Numbered from the stretch's first letter, positions 37,611 to 47,131 are shown. The stretch: 64,000 bases of DNA from Spirochaetales bacterium (GCA_017624275.1 JAGANG010000020.1:15866-79865), one strand, 5' to 3'. Made by a program: numbers and translations. Notes: generated from the sequence alone by a model not told the origin.

Positions 37611-38144
37611 ATGTCTTTTTTGTATTTTGCCAGACATGGACAAACAGTTTGGAATGTTGAAAATAAAATTTGTGGTAAAACTGATATTGCTTTGACGGAA
37701 GCGGGACATTTGCAGGCGATAGAATTGGGGAAAAAAATTAAGACAGACAATATAAAGATAGACGAGATTTTATATTCACCGCTTATTCGTGCTGCCGATA
37801 CAGCCAGACATATTCACGAACAAACCGGAATCCCAATGAAAATGGAACCGTTACTTGTAGAACAATGTTTCGGAAAATATGAAGCTACTCCACGTGATAA
37901 TCCGGACTTTTTTGAAGCCAGACAATGTTTTGTTGATAGCTATAACGGCGGCGAATCAATGCTTCATTTAGCACAACGAATTTATAATTTGCTGGATAGA
38001 TTGAAAAATGACGGTAAAACTTATTTACTTGTAGCTCACGGTGGAATTGCGAGAGTTGTGAACTCTTATTTTTTTGATATGACAAACGAAGAATACGGAA
38101 AATTCAAACTGGAAAATTGTGAAATACTTAGATATGAATTTTAA
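37611..38144 (+). CDS. histidine phosphatase family protein (phosphoglycerate-mutase-like)
   Basis: GGGGGAGGG SD, then ATG at 37611. FLYFARHGQTVWN (RHG catalytic motif) and LLVAHGG. The track's 37539 start would run through the upstream terminator. Confidence 0.8.
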   Translation: MSFLYFARHGQTVWNVENKICGKTDIALTEAGHLQAIELGKKIKTDNIKIDEILYSPLIRAADTARHIHEQTGIPMKMEPLLVEQCFGKYEATPRDNPDFFEARQCFVDSYNGGESMLHLAQRIYNLLDRLKNDGKTYLLVAHGGIARVVNSYFFDMTNEEYGKFKLENCEILRYEF

Positions 38145-38159
38145 ATAGTAATTGAATTT

Positions 38160-38202
38160 AGTGCCGAGCGTCCATGGCAAAACTGAATGAATGTTCGGCA
38201 CT
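38160..38202. terminator. hairpin between convergent genes (possible bidirectional terminator)
   Basis: AGTGCCGA (38160-38167) / TCGGCACT (38195-38202) 8-bp stem with a long loop, followed by a T-rich tract. Confidence 0.4.
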
Positions 38203-38218
38203 GTTTATTTGCAACAAA

Positions 38219-39397
38219 TTAATTCTTTTTGCAGATATTCAAAATTTTTTCGACAGCACCTTTTACACCGGAACATTTCTTAAAACCGTCAGATATTGAG
38301 ATCGCATTTTTGCGATATTCGCCATCGTCTATAAGGCTTTTTACTGCATTTTGAATATTTTTTACTGTGTTTTTCTTCAACATAATTCCGGCTTTCAATT
38401 GACTAACTCTATTTGCAACGCCGCCTTGTTCCGGTGTTTGCGGAAACATTACAAGCGGAACGCCGTAATAAAGACTTTCGTTTACACTGTTCATTCCGCA
38501 ATGAGAAATAAAAACATCAGCCTTAGAAAGAACGGCAATTTGGTCTACATTTTGGTAAACAAAGATATTTTCCGGAAGATTTTTAAATTTTGTCATATCT
38601 GTAAGGTTTCCGACAGACATAATTACTTGAAAATCAGTATCAGCAAAAGCCTTTATGCAGTTGTGATAGAAACCTGCATTGTTATTTATCACGGTTCCCA
38701 TAGAAATATAAATTAATTTCTTGTGTGTTTTTACGATTTCGTCGGTAATCGGACGGATTGACGGTCCGATAAAAGTATATTTATCGGAAAAAGTTTCACT
38801 GCAGGGTTGAAACTCCGGTGAAGTGTAAACTATCGTATCTGTATTATCATCGTTTTTAATAATATCCAGAACATTATTTATCGGATAACCTTTGTTTTGT
38901 AAACGAATGATGTCTTTTTGAATTTTACCCATTGAAAAGATCATTCCAAAAATTTGTCCGATACTTTGCTTCATGATTTTTGCAGAATGTTGGTTAAATG
39001 CGAAAGTTGTCGTACTTGAAATAAATGGGATTCCAAATTTTAAAGCAACACATTTTCCCCAAATAGCCATAGAATCAGCCACAATGCAATCAGGTTGCAA
39101 TTCTTTTATCTGACTACAAACCATATCATCAAGTGCCAGAGTGGTATCAACTAAAATCTTAGTAGAAAAAGCTAAATCTTTACCCAGACGTGCTCCGTCT
39201 TCCGGCGATAATTTTTGTTCCATATCGTAATCATCGCAGGAAACAAATTTAGCTCCCGTATTTTCAATTTTTTCTTTCAACATATTATATGAATAATACA
39301 AAACCTCATGTCCGAGTGATACTAATTCTCGAACAACTCCCAAGGTTGGATTTGTATGTCCGTGTGCCGGAATGCAAAAAAATACAATTTTAGCCAT
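38219..39397 (-). CDS. MGT-family (macrolide-type, GT1) UDP-glycosyltransferase
   Basis: AAGGAG SD, then MAKIVFFCIPAHGHTNPTLGVVRELVSLGHEV. C-terminal FISHCGMNSVNESLYYGVPLVMFPQTPEQ (UDP-sugar binding motif). Confidence 0.8.
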   Translation of the reverse strand: MAKIVFFCIPAHGHTNPTLGVVRELVSLGHEVLYYSYNMLKEKIENTGAKFVSCDDYDMEQKLSPEDGARLGKDLAFSTKILVDTTLALDDMVCSQIKELQPDCIVADSMAIWGKCVALKFGIPFISSTTTFAFNQHSAKIMKQSIGQIFGMIFSMGKIQKDIIRLQNKGYPINNVLDIIKNDDNTDTIVYTSPEFQPCSETFSDKYTFIGPSIRPITDEIVKTHKKLIYISMGTVINNNAGFYHNCIKAFADTDFQVIMSVGNLTDMTKFKNLPENIFVYQNVDQIAVLSKADVFISHCGMNSVNESLYYGVPLVMFPQTPEQGGVANRVSQLKAGIMLKKNTVKNIQNAVKSLIDDGEYRKNAISISDGFKKCSGVKGAVEKILNICKKN

Positions 39398-39623
39398 TAT
39401 TGTTCTCCTTATTTTCATTATGAATTTCATTAAAAATCATTGATATGTGCTTATTCATCATAGATTTAGGTAATATAGCCAGTCCTCTTTCTTTATCGCC
39501 GAGAACTAAAATAGTATCACCGGGTTTTACACCCAACATATCTCGAGCTTCTTTGGGAATTACGAATTGTCCTTTTTCGCCTATTTTTACAGTCCATGCG
39601 TTTTTACCTTCCGGTGGTATCAT
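39390..39623 (-). CDS. AbrB/MazE/SpoVT-family DNA-binding protein
   Basis: VKIGEKGQFVIPKEARDMLGVKPGDTILVLGD is a swapped-hairpin SpoVT-AbrB motif. Overlaps the GT start by 8 nt. Confidence 0.75.
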   Translation of the reverse strand: MIPPEGKNAWTVKIGEKGQFVIPKEARDMLGVKPGDTILVLGDKERGLAILPKSMMNKHISMIFNEIHNENKENNNG

Positions 39624-39637
39624 ATTTACCTCTTTAT

Positions 39638-39682
39638 AGTTATATAAGTATGAAAAGTATAACTTTATATACTTGTATAACT
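39638..39682. promoter_or_regulatory. nested palindromes upstream of the AbrB-like gene (candidate operator)
   Basis: AGTTATATAAGTAT (39638-39651) / ATACTTGTATAACT (39669-39682), one mismatch, plus an inner AAGTATA...TATACTT. Confidence 0.4.
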
Positions 39683-39753
39683 TCGAAATGTCAATAAGTT
39701 TGTATCAGTTTAATTAAAAAATGATATTCTTCATTCTCGATTACGGAGTGAGT

Positions 39754-40128
39754 ATGACGGAAGTGACTGCAGCAATTATTAAAGATGATGATAAAATTTT
39801 AATATGTCAGCGACCTAAAGGAAAACGCTTTGCCGATATGTGGGAATTTCCCGGTGGGAAAACAGAACCGGGCGAGACAGCGGAAGAATGTGTCATCAGA
39901 GAATGTTATGAAGAATTGGGAATAACTATTAAAACGGATAAACTTTTTGCAGATATAACAAAGGAAGATTTGCATATAAGTTTTTTTATTTGTCGCATAG
40001 TTTGCGGTGTAATCTCGCAAAAAGAGCATCAAAATTTGTGTTGGATTACAAAAGAAAAACTTTTGGATTATACATTTTGTCCGGCAGATACGGAAATTGT
40101 AGAGATGTTGAAAAACGATTGTGAATAA
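39754..40128 (+). CDS. NUDIX hydrolase (MutT-like)
   Basis: Nudix box GGKTEPGETAEECVIRECYEELGI. ATG at 39754 with a GGAGTG SD. Confidence 0.8.
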   Translation: MTEVTAAIIKDDDKILICQRPKGKRFADMWEFPGGKTEPGETAEECVIRECYEELGITIKTDKLFADITKEDLHISFFICRIVCGVISQKEHQNLCWITKEKLLDYTFCPADTEIVEMLKNDCE

Positions 40129-40242
40129 AAAATGAGACAAAATCATAATTGCAAGTTGTTGACACTCTGATTATTTCAAGTATACTGCCACAAGTTTTCC
40201 GATATGTTCGGAAAGTAAATATTATTAACAGAGGTTAAAGTT

Positions 40243-41058
40243 ATGAAAAAAATAATGAATGTAGTTTTGGCTTTGGTTGTGGCATTTTCTGTAATTGTCG
40301 TAGCCGGTTGTAAAAAAACAGCAGATAAGGAAGATAATTCTCTTGCTCAATTAAAAGAACGTGGCGTTTTTGTTTTGGGACTTGATGATTCTTTTCCGCC
40401 TTTAGGATTTCGTAATGAAGACAACGAAATCGTAGGTTATGATATTGATTTGGCAAAAGAAGTTGTTGCACGTTTGGGAGTAGAGTTTAAAGCTCAGCCT
40501 ATCGACTGGAGTGCGAAAGAAATGGAATTGTCTACCGGAAAAATCGATTGTATCTGGAATGGTTTTACAATGACACCGGAAAGAGAAGCTGTACTTGCGT
40601 TTACAAAACCATATTTGAATAATGACCAAGTTTTGGTAGTACGTGAAGACAGCGGAATCAATACTTTGGCTGACATGAAGGGTAAAACAGTAGGTATTCA
40701 AAGCGGTTCAAGTGCACAGGTGGCCGTAGAGGGAGACGAAGAATTTGCAGCTTCTTTGGCTAGTAAAGTAATGTTTAAAGATAATATTACAGCATTAAAC
40801 GATTTGGATATTGGTGGAGTAGACGGTGTTGTAATGGATAGCGTAGTTGCAAATTATTCTATTGCACAGTCAAAAAAAGCATTTAAAGTAATTTCTGATC
40901 CTTTAGCACAAGAAGCTTATGGTGTAGCTTTCAGAAAAGGCGATGTACAATTAAGAGATGAAGTTCAAAAGATTTTAATTGATATGCAGAATGACGGAAC
41001 TGTTACTGCAATTTCAGAAAAATGGTTCGGTCGTGATATTTCTGTTATCGGAAAATAA
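40243..41058 (+). CDS. amino-acid ABC transporter substrate-binding lipoprotein
   Basis: Lipobox VVAGC. Type-3 SBP motifs GLDDSFPPLGFRNEDNEIVGYDIDLAKE and DCIWNGFTMTPER. Confidence 0.85.
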   Translation: MKKIMNVVLALVVAFSVIVVAGCKKTADKEDNSLAQLKERGVFVLGLDDSFPPLGFRNEDNEIVGYDIDLAKEVVARLGVEFKAQPIDWSAKEMELSTGKIDCIWNGFTMTPEREAVLAFTKPYLNNDQVLVVREDSGINTLADMKGKTVGIQSGSSAQVAVEGDEEFAASLASKVMFKDNITALNDLDIGGVDGVVMDSVVANYSIAQSKKAFKVISDPLAQEAYGVAFRKGDVQLRDEVQKILIDMQNDGTVTAISEKWFGRDISVIGK

Positions 41059-41061
41059 TTT

Positions 41062-41760
41062 ATGGACTTTGATAAATACATAAAAATGCTCAAAGCGATG
41101 CTTGACGGATCTGTAGTATCGCTTGAAATTTTTTTCCTTACACTGCTTTTTGCCATACCGTTGGCGTTACCGATTGCAATGGGGCGAATGTCCAAAAACA
41201 AGTTACTTGCCGGCAGTACAAACGTATTCCTCCTTATTATACGCGGTACGCCGTTGATGTTACAGCTGTTGGTTGTATATTTCGGGCCGGGACTTTTTGT
41301 TATTTGGTTAAAGAATATGGGGTACGAAATAGCCTTTTTTAATTGGCTGAATAGCTGGTGGAAACGTTTCCCGGCGGCGATAATCGCACTTTCTATCAAT
41401 TATTCTGCATATTTTGCAGAAATTTACCGCGGCGGAATCGAGTCTATTCCAAAAGGACAATATGAAGCTGCAAAAGTTTTAGGATTTACTCCGGTACAGA
41501 CATTTTTCAAAATTGTTTTACCGCAAGTAGTAAAACGAATTGTCCCGGCAATGGGAAATGAAGTTATAACGTTGGTAAAAGATACGGCGTTGGTTTCGAT
41601 AATCGGAGTAGCAGAATTGTTGATGGTAGCAAAAGAACGTCAAAGTGAATTATTTTCATTTACACCGCTTTTTATTGCCGGAGTGTTTTATTTTATAATG
41701 AATTGGGGCGTTTCTTTAGCATTTGCAAAACTGGAAAAGAAACTGTCATATTATCATTAA
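41062..41760 (+). CDS. amino-acid ABC transporter permease
   Basis: EAA-loop-like AEIYRGGIESIPKGQYEAAKVLGFT; polytopic membrane protein. Confidence 0.85.
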   Translation: MDFDKYIKMLKAMLDGSVVSLEIFFLTLLFAIPLALPIAMGRMSKNKLLAGSTNVFLLIIRGTPLMLQLLVVYFGPGLFVIWLKNMGYEIAFFNWLNSWWKRFPAAIIALSINYSAYFAEIYRGGIESIPKGQYEAAKVLGFTPVQTFFKIVLPQVVKRIVPAMGNEVITLVKDTALVSIIGVAELLMVAKERQSELFSFTPLFIAGVFYFIMNWGVSLAFAKLEKKLSYYH

Positions 41761-41778
41761 TTTTACGGGATAAAAGCT

Positions 41779-42540
41779 ATGGAAAATACAGAACAGGAAA
41801 TTATCAGTATAAAAAATCTTCGAAAATCCTTTGGTAATACAGAAATTATCAAAGGAATTTCATTTTCCGTATACAAAGGTGAAGTCTTGGGAATTATAGG
41901 CCCCAGCGGTTCGGGAAAATCAACGATATTAAGATGTATTTCTCAATTGGAAACCGTAACTGACGGTTCTATAAGTATTTGCGGTCAACCGCTGGTAACA
42001 GACGGCGTTTATGTTCCGAAAAATCAACGTCACGATATCGTGTTAAAAAGCGGTTTGGTATTTCAAAACTTTAATCTGTTTCCGCATTATTCGGTATTAA
42101 AAAACGTTACGGCGGCACAAATTGCTGTTTTGAAAAAATCGCCGGAAGAAGCCCGCCAAACTGCAATGGAATTGTTGGAACGAATGGGGCTTGCAAATAA
42201 AGCCGATAATTACCCTTGTGAACTTTCCGGCGGACAGCAACAGCGTGTTTCTATTGCCAGAGCGTTGGCATTAAAACCGGAAGTTTTGCTTTTTGATGAA
42301 CCTACAAGTGCGTTAGACCCGGAATTGACCGGAGAAATTTTAGCTGTAATCAAAGAGCTTGCCGAAGAGAAAATGACAATGGTTGTAGTAACTCACGAAA
42401 TGGCATTTGCTCGAGATATTTCCAGTGAAGTAATCTTTATGGACGGCGGAGTAATTATTGAACAAGGAAATCCGGTAGAAGTAATTAACAATCCGCGAAC
42501 CGAACGAACAAAAGCTTTCTTGGCACGATTTAATAATTAA
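41779..42540 (+). CDS. amino-acid ABC transporter ATP-binding protein
   Basis: Walker [10 protein letters not shown], signature LSGGQQQRV, Walker [12 protein letters not shown]. Confidence 0.9.
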   Translation: MENTEQEIISIKNLRKSFGNTEIIKGISFSVYKGEVLGIIGPSGSGKSTILRCISQLETVTDGSISICGQPLVTDGVYVPKNQRHDIVLKSGLVFQNFNLFPHYSVLKNVTAAQIAVLKKSPEEARQTAMELLERMGLANKADNYPCELSGGQQQRVSIARALALKPEVLLFDEPTSALDPELTGEILAVIKELAEEKMTMVVVTHEMAFARDISSEVIFMDGGVIIEQGNPVEVINNPRTERTKAFLARFNN

Positions 42541-42544
42541 TCAT

Positions 42545-42617
42545 AAAGAGGCAGTCTAATAAGTAAACATCATTACGAATATCTTTCGGTATGACAAGAC
42601 TTAGGAACTGCCTTTTT
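42545..42617. repeat. MITE/REP-like palindromic element, short copy (about 73 bp)
   Basis: AAAGAGGCAGTCTAATAAGTAAA ... ATGACAAGAC ... ACTGCCTTTTT. The ends are inverted repeats and match the ends of the 8789-8911 element. It fills the gap between convergent genes. Confidence 0.65.
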
Positions 42618-42955
42618 TATTCCTCTGAGTTTAGAATATCTCTGATTTCTTTAGTAATGGTCAAATTTAACCGAGACAACAATTTTTCCGTAATTTCATT
42701 AATGTATTGTTCTTTATTGAAAGCTTTAATATTTGCAGGACTGCCGCTTTCGTCAAAAAGCTGTACCGGACGAATCTCTAAAACATTTGCTATTTTTTCT
42801 ATAATTTCCGGTTGCGGAAAAGAAGCTTTATTTTCTATCTGATTTATATACGCCATGCTCATGTTTATCGCATAAGACAATTTTTCTTGTGAAAGACCTT
42901 TCTGCTTTCTGTAGTATTTCAAATTGTTAATAAAAATTTCTCGTAGTGTTGCCAT
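42617..42955 (-). CDS. XRE-family HTH transcriptional regulator (paralogue 3 of 4)
   Basis: MATLREIFINNLKYYRKQKGLSQEKLSYAINMSMAYINQIENKASFPQPEIIEKIANVLEIRPVQLF. ATG at 42955 is preferred over the TTG at 42970. Confidence 0.85.
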   Translation of the reverse strand: MATLREIFINNLKYYRKQKGLSQEKLSYAINMSMAYINQIENKASFPQPEIIEKIANVLEIRPVQLFDESGSPANIKAFNKEQYINEITEKLLSRLNLTITKEIRDILNSEE

Positions 42956-43238
42956 TCCTTTAAAATGCAACTTTTAACCGGCTTCTATTACAGTTAAAAA
43001 TCAAGTTTTTACTTGAATAATTAAATGAAACTTAATATAAATACGCAACAATACATTATATTACCGTGTTTTCATACTTTGGATAACATTTTCAAAAATA
43101 TATAACGATGATTATTTAATTTTATAGGTGATAAAATTTTCCGTTAGAAAATCTCACTGACTTTACAGTTTTAAAAATAAAATATAAAACTCACCACATT
43201 GATACGGTGATAAATCTACAAAAAAAGGAGAGGAAAAT

Positions 43239-45077
43239 ATGAAACTCAAAAATCTAACAAAAAGCGTAAGTATAATCTTTATGCTTTTGGCAATGCTGTT
43301 TAGTTGTGATCAACTAACAAATGAAAACACTGACGGCAACGGAAACGATACTACTCAAGATGGGGGTAATAACCAAGTCGGAGACAACAATTCCGATAAT
43401 GAAAACGATGAGAATAACGGAAACAGCGGTGATAACAATGAAGATGAGAACAATACTATCACAGTCGATGAAGCTTCTAAAATTATTGCTAATCTTACGA
43501 GCGGAACACATGATATTAAGATATCAGGAGCTATAAATATTGATACTTTTGGAAGTATATGTTCTGCAATTTCTGCAATAAGCGAAAATACATCTGTTAA
43601 AATCAATCTGGATTTAAGTAAAACAACAGGATTAACTGAAATTTCTGCTGGTGCATTTATTTTTTGTAACAGCTTAACAAGTATAGTAATTCCCGGCAGT
43701 GTAACTTCCATAGGTAACTGTGCATTCTTGTCTTGTGAAAGTTTAGCAAGCGTAATAATTCCGGACGGTGTAACCTCGATTGGTTTTTGTGTGTTTGAGA
43801 GGTGTAGCAGCTTAGCAAGTATAACAATTCCTGCCAGTGTAACTTCTATCAGTGACAGGGCATTCGCTGGTTGTAATAACTTAATAGCTTTTAATGTAAG
43901 TGAAAATAATAAAAACTATTCATCATCAGATGACGGTAAGATTTTATATAATAAAGACAAAACAGAACTGATAGCATATCCGTCCGCTATGGGAAATATT
44001 ACAATTCCTGATAATGTTACTTCCATCGGAGATGGCGCATTTTCTGATTGTGATAGCTTAACAAGTATAACAATGGGTAATAATGTTACTTCCATTGGTG
44101 GAAGTGCGTTCTATTGTTGCGAAAGCTTAATAAATATTACTATTCCCGACAGTGTAACTTCTATCGGTACATCAGTGTTTGCTTGGTGCGATAATTTGAC
44201 AGAAGTAACAATGGGTAATAATGTAACTTCTATCGGTGGTTCTGCGTTCTATTATTGCGAAAGCTTAACAAATATAAGAATTCCGGAAGGTGTAACTTCC
44301 ATTAATAATAGCACATTTGAAGGTTGTAAAAGTTTAACAAGTATTATTATTCCAGACAGTGTGACTTCTATCGGTAGCGATGCGTTTTACAATTGCAGTA
44401 ACTTAATATATAATAAATATAATAACTGTCTTTACTTAGGTAGCGACAACAATCCTCACCTAGCTCTTATGGACTTTGAGTACAGCAGCAATATTACTTC
44501 ATGTGAAATCAGCACAAATACAAAAGTAATCGCTGATGGAGCATTTTCTTATTGCAATAATTTAACCAATATAAATGTAAGTGAAGATAATGAGAATTAT
44601 TCTTCTTCAGGTGCAATTCTTTTTAATAAAGATAAAACTAAACTGATTGCGTATCCGTCAGCTATGGGAGATATTACAATTCCCGAAGGTGTAACTTCCA
44701 TCGGTAACGGTGCATTCTGTTATTGTGATAGCTTAACAAGCGTGACAATTCCGGAAGATGTGACTTCTATCGGAGAGAGTGCATTCCAATATTGTAGGAG
44801 CTTAACAAATGTATCAATCGGTAATAATGTAATCACTATCGGTGATAGTGCATTCTATGGTTGTGAAAATTTAACAAGCGTAACAATCCCTGATAGCGTT
44901 ACATCTATCGGTAGCGATGCGTTTTATTATTGTGATAGCTTAACAAGTGTAACATTTGACGATACAAGTACTTGGTATTATTCCAGGGGAGATACAGAAA
45001 TTGATGTAACCGATACAGCACAAAATGCAACATATTTGAACCATGATTATACTGATGGTTATTGGTATAAACAATAG
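43239..45077 (+). CDS. BspA-type leucine-rich-repeat surface lipoprotein
   Basis: Lipobox LAMLFSC. D/N/G-rich low-complexity linker. About 17 repeats of the form IP.(S/G)VTSIG..AF..C..L(T/A)S(I/V). Confidence 0.85.
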   Translation: MKLKNLTKSVSIIFMLLAMLFSCDQLTNENTDGNGNDTTQDGGNNQVGDNNSDNENDENNGNSGDNNEDENNTITVDEASKIIANLTSGTHDIKISGAINIDTFGSICSAISAISENTSVKINLDLSKTTGLTEISAGAFIFCNSLTSIVIPGSVTSIGNCAFLSCESLASVIIPDGVTSIGFCVFERCSSLASITIPASVTSISDRAFAGCNNLIAFNVSENNKNYSSSDDGKILYNKDKTELIAYPSAMGNITIPDNVTSIGDGAFSDCDSLTSITMGNNVTSIGGSAFYCCESLINITIPDSVTSIGTSVFAWCDNLTEVTMGNNVTSIGGSAFYYCESLTNIRIPEGVTSINNSTFEGCKSLTSIIIPDSVTSIGSDAFYNCSNLIYNKYNNCLYLGSDNNPHLALMDFEYSSNITSCEISTNTKVIADGAFSYCNNLTNINVSEDNENYSSSGAILFNKDKTKLIAYPSAMGDITIPEGVTSIGNGAFCYCDSLTSVTIPEDVTSIGESAFQYCRSLTNVSIGNNVITIGDSAFYGCENLTSVTIPDSVTSIGSDAFYYCDSLTSVTFDDTSTWYYSRGDTEIDVTDTAQNATYLNHDYTDGYWYKQ

Positions 45078-45090
45078 TTTTTTAGCTTTA

Positions 45091-45124
45091 AAATGCGGAG
45101 GTTTTGTTTCCTCCGCATTTTTTG
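45091..45124 (+). terminator. intrinsic terminator after the LRR gene
   Basis: AAATGCGGAGG (45091-45101) / CCTCCGCATTT (45110-45120), followed by TTTT. Confidence 0.85.
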
Positions 45125-45131
45125 GTTATCT

Positions 45132-45221
45132 CCCCGGACACTGCGGGATTACGCTCTGCAACAGTTGCAGATTACAGCTTGCAGATACTGCAAACCATGC
45201 TTTGCACATTGTGCAGATTAC
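45132..45221. repeat. array of four 23-bp-spaced palindromic units
   Basis: CCCGgacactgCGGG, CTGCAACaGTTGCAG, TTGCAGataCTGCAA, TGCACAtTGTGCA. Dyad centres at about 45140, 45163, 45186 and 45209. Units 1, 2 and 4 are followed by (G)ATTAC. Confidence 0.6.
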
Positions 45222-45340
45222 TTAGTTCGTCAATCAAACTTCATAATATGTAACAACAGCCGGGATTTCAAAAGACGGTACTTTATTTCCGGTGCTGTCT
45301 TTATCAAAAATTTTTCATAAAATAACGTTTTAAATTATTC

Positions 45341-45853
45341 TTATCCTTGAATTGCTTTTCGTACTGTATCAACTAAGATAAAGTAGGTTAGTTCCTCGTC
45401 ATTAAACTTTATAAAACCATAATGTTCATAAAACGCTTTTGAGGTTTCTTTTGCATCCACAACGATAAAATATATTCCCGTAACATCTGCGACTTGAACA
45501 ATCTTTATAAAAGCTTGTGCAAGAAGCCATCTACCAATTCCTTTTCCTTGAAGTTCTTTATCAATTGCAAGTCTGGCAATTCTTAATGCCGGAATCGGAT
45601 ATTTCGGCAATTTTCCTCTGTAGTCCTCAGGAATTTCTTGGTAACCAACTTGTGCTGTTGCCAGCGTAAAATATCCTACAATTTTTTCTTGATTATCTAA
45701 TGCAACAAATGTTTTTCCAATTCCTATTTTGTCATTTTTTAATGCATATCTTGATAAAAACTCGTTCAAAGTATCAACATCGCAATTAAATTTTTTAAGT
45801 GCAGATTTTTGCTGAATATCTTTTATAGAAACTAATTTATAATCTTTATTCAT
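45341..45853 (-). CDS. GNAT-family acetyltransferase toxin (TacT-like) of a type II TA pair
   Basis: GNAT core [18 protein letters not shown]. 170 aa. Its start overlaps the stop of the upstream DUF1778 gene by 4 nt (45850-45853). Confidence 0.7.
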   Translation of the reverse strand: MNKDYKLVSIKDIQQKSALKKFNCDVDTLNEFLSRYALKNDKIGIGKTFVALDNQEKIVGYFTLATAQVGYQEIPEDYRGKLPKYPIPALRIARLAIDKELQGKGIGRWLLAQAFIKIVQVADVTGIYFIVVDAKETSKAFYEHYGFIKFNDEELTYFILVDTVRKAIQG

Positions 45854-46104
45854 TTGAACAAGCCTTTCAATGCTTCATTTGGTTCCGGTGGATTTTCCAG
45901 AATACTCATAACAAGGTCTCTATCACGATTGGAAAGCAGTAAAGTTTCATTTTCAGCCAAATCTAATTGTGCTTGCTTTAATGATGATGCTAAAACATAA
46001 GAAGAAAGTGAAACATGCTTTAATTCAGCTGCTTGTTCAAGAAGTGTTTTTTGATTTGCACTTGCTCGTAAATCAATTCTTACGTCTTTTATTGCTACTG
46101 CCAT
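45850..46104 (-). CDS. DUF1778 (TacA-like) antitoxin
   Basis: AGGAGG SD, then [42 protein letters not shown]...[26 protein letters not shown], a typical DUF1778/RHH pattern. Confidence 0.75.
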   Translation of the reverse strand: MAVAIKDVRIDLRASANQKTLLEQAAELKHVSLSSYVLASSLKQAQLDLAENETLLLSNRDRDLVMSILENPPEPNEALKGLFK

Positions 46105-46368
46105 ATTCAGCCTCCTAATCTTATTATAAGATAACGTACGGTGTTTGTACACACAATAAATGCATTAAAAGAAGAAACAACCGAAATTGTTACAAATAAA
46201 CCTTGGCCGGTAGGACTTAAAGTTTCGAATAAAAAAAGCAAAAAAACAGTTCAGGATTAAAATAGAGTATTGCAAGATTTGAAGTGTCCAATAATTAGGA
46301 TGCACTTTAATTCTTGCGGTACACTTTTTTTATTTTCAATATGATTATCTTATGTTAAATAACATTTT

Positions 46369-47007
46369 ATGAAAATACTTTACGGAACTACAAATCAAGC
46401 AAAACTCGAATCAATGCAACGAATTACGAAAACTCTCGGACTCGAAATAATCGGACTGAAAGACTTAAAAAACATTCCGGAATTTGCAGAAATTCAATTT
46501 CCGCAAATTGATGAGACCGGAAACAATCCGTTGGAAAATGCGATTATTAAAGCAAAAGCTTATTACAACGTGTTAAAAATGCCGGTTTTTTCTTGCGACA
46601 CCGGACTATATTTTAAAGAATCGGAAGATAGCTTGCAGCCGGGAACTCATGTTCGCCGAGTAAACGGAAAAGAACTTACCGATTTGCAAATGATTGAATA
46701 TTATTCCGGACTGGCAAAAAAGCACGGCGGAAAACTTACCGCAAGTTATAAAAATGCAATTTGTCTTGTAATGGATGAACAGAGCATTTTTACTAAAATG
46801 GATAAAACTATTGAAATTCAACCTTTTTATTTGGTGGACAAGCCGCACTCCATTGTGGTGAAAGGTTTTCCGTTGGATTCTTTATCCGTAGATATTGCAA
46901 CCGGAAAATATTTTCAGGATATGAAAGGTAATTTAGCAGTAGACAAAGATATAATAGAAAACGGCTTTATGAATTTTTTTGCTGATGTTTTAAAAAAATA
47001 CAGTTGA
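46369..47007 (+). CDS. Ham1/RdgB-like non-canonical purine NTP pyrophosphatase family protein
   Basis: ILYGTTNQAKLES (cf. ATGNxGKxxE), DETGNNPLENAIIKAKAYY, CDTGL (cf. DDSGL). Confidence 0.55.
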   Translation: MKILYGTTNQAKLESMQRITKTLGLEIIGLKDLKNIPEFAEIQFPQIDETGNNPLENAIIKAKAYYNVLKMPVFSCDTGLYFKESEDSLQPGTHVRRVNGKELTDLQMIEYYSGLAKKHGGKLTASYKNAICLVMDEQSIFTKMDKTIEIQPFYLVDKPHSIVVKGFPLDSLSVDIATGKYFQDMKGNLAVDKDIIENGFMNFFADVLKKYS

Positions 47008-47131
47008 TTTTTAATTTGAAATAAAAACTTTTACCCGTTAAAATTTGAGAATATGAATACTCCATGCCGAAAAGTGGAACGCAATATCTATAAAATTTTC
47101 TGTAATCGAAAATCTGAACGGAGAACGTATC

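Noticed and set aside
43650-44950. Regular periodic repeats of about 69 bp that could superficially look like a CRISPR or tandem-repeat array
   Set aside because: They lie entirely within one long ORF and translate to BspA-type LRR units (IP.SVTSIG..AF..C..LTS). There is no spacer/repeat architecture and no cas genes.
45043-45320. Track ORFs 45043..45225 (60 aa) and 45093..45320 (75 aa) on the plus strand
   Set aside because: They run through the LRR gene's strong terminator and the 23-bp palindromic array, have no SD, and give Cys/Arg-rich nonsense-like sequence. The region is treated as non-coding.
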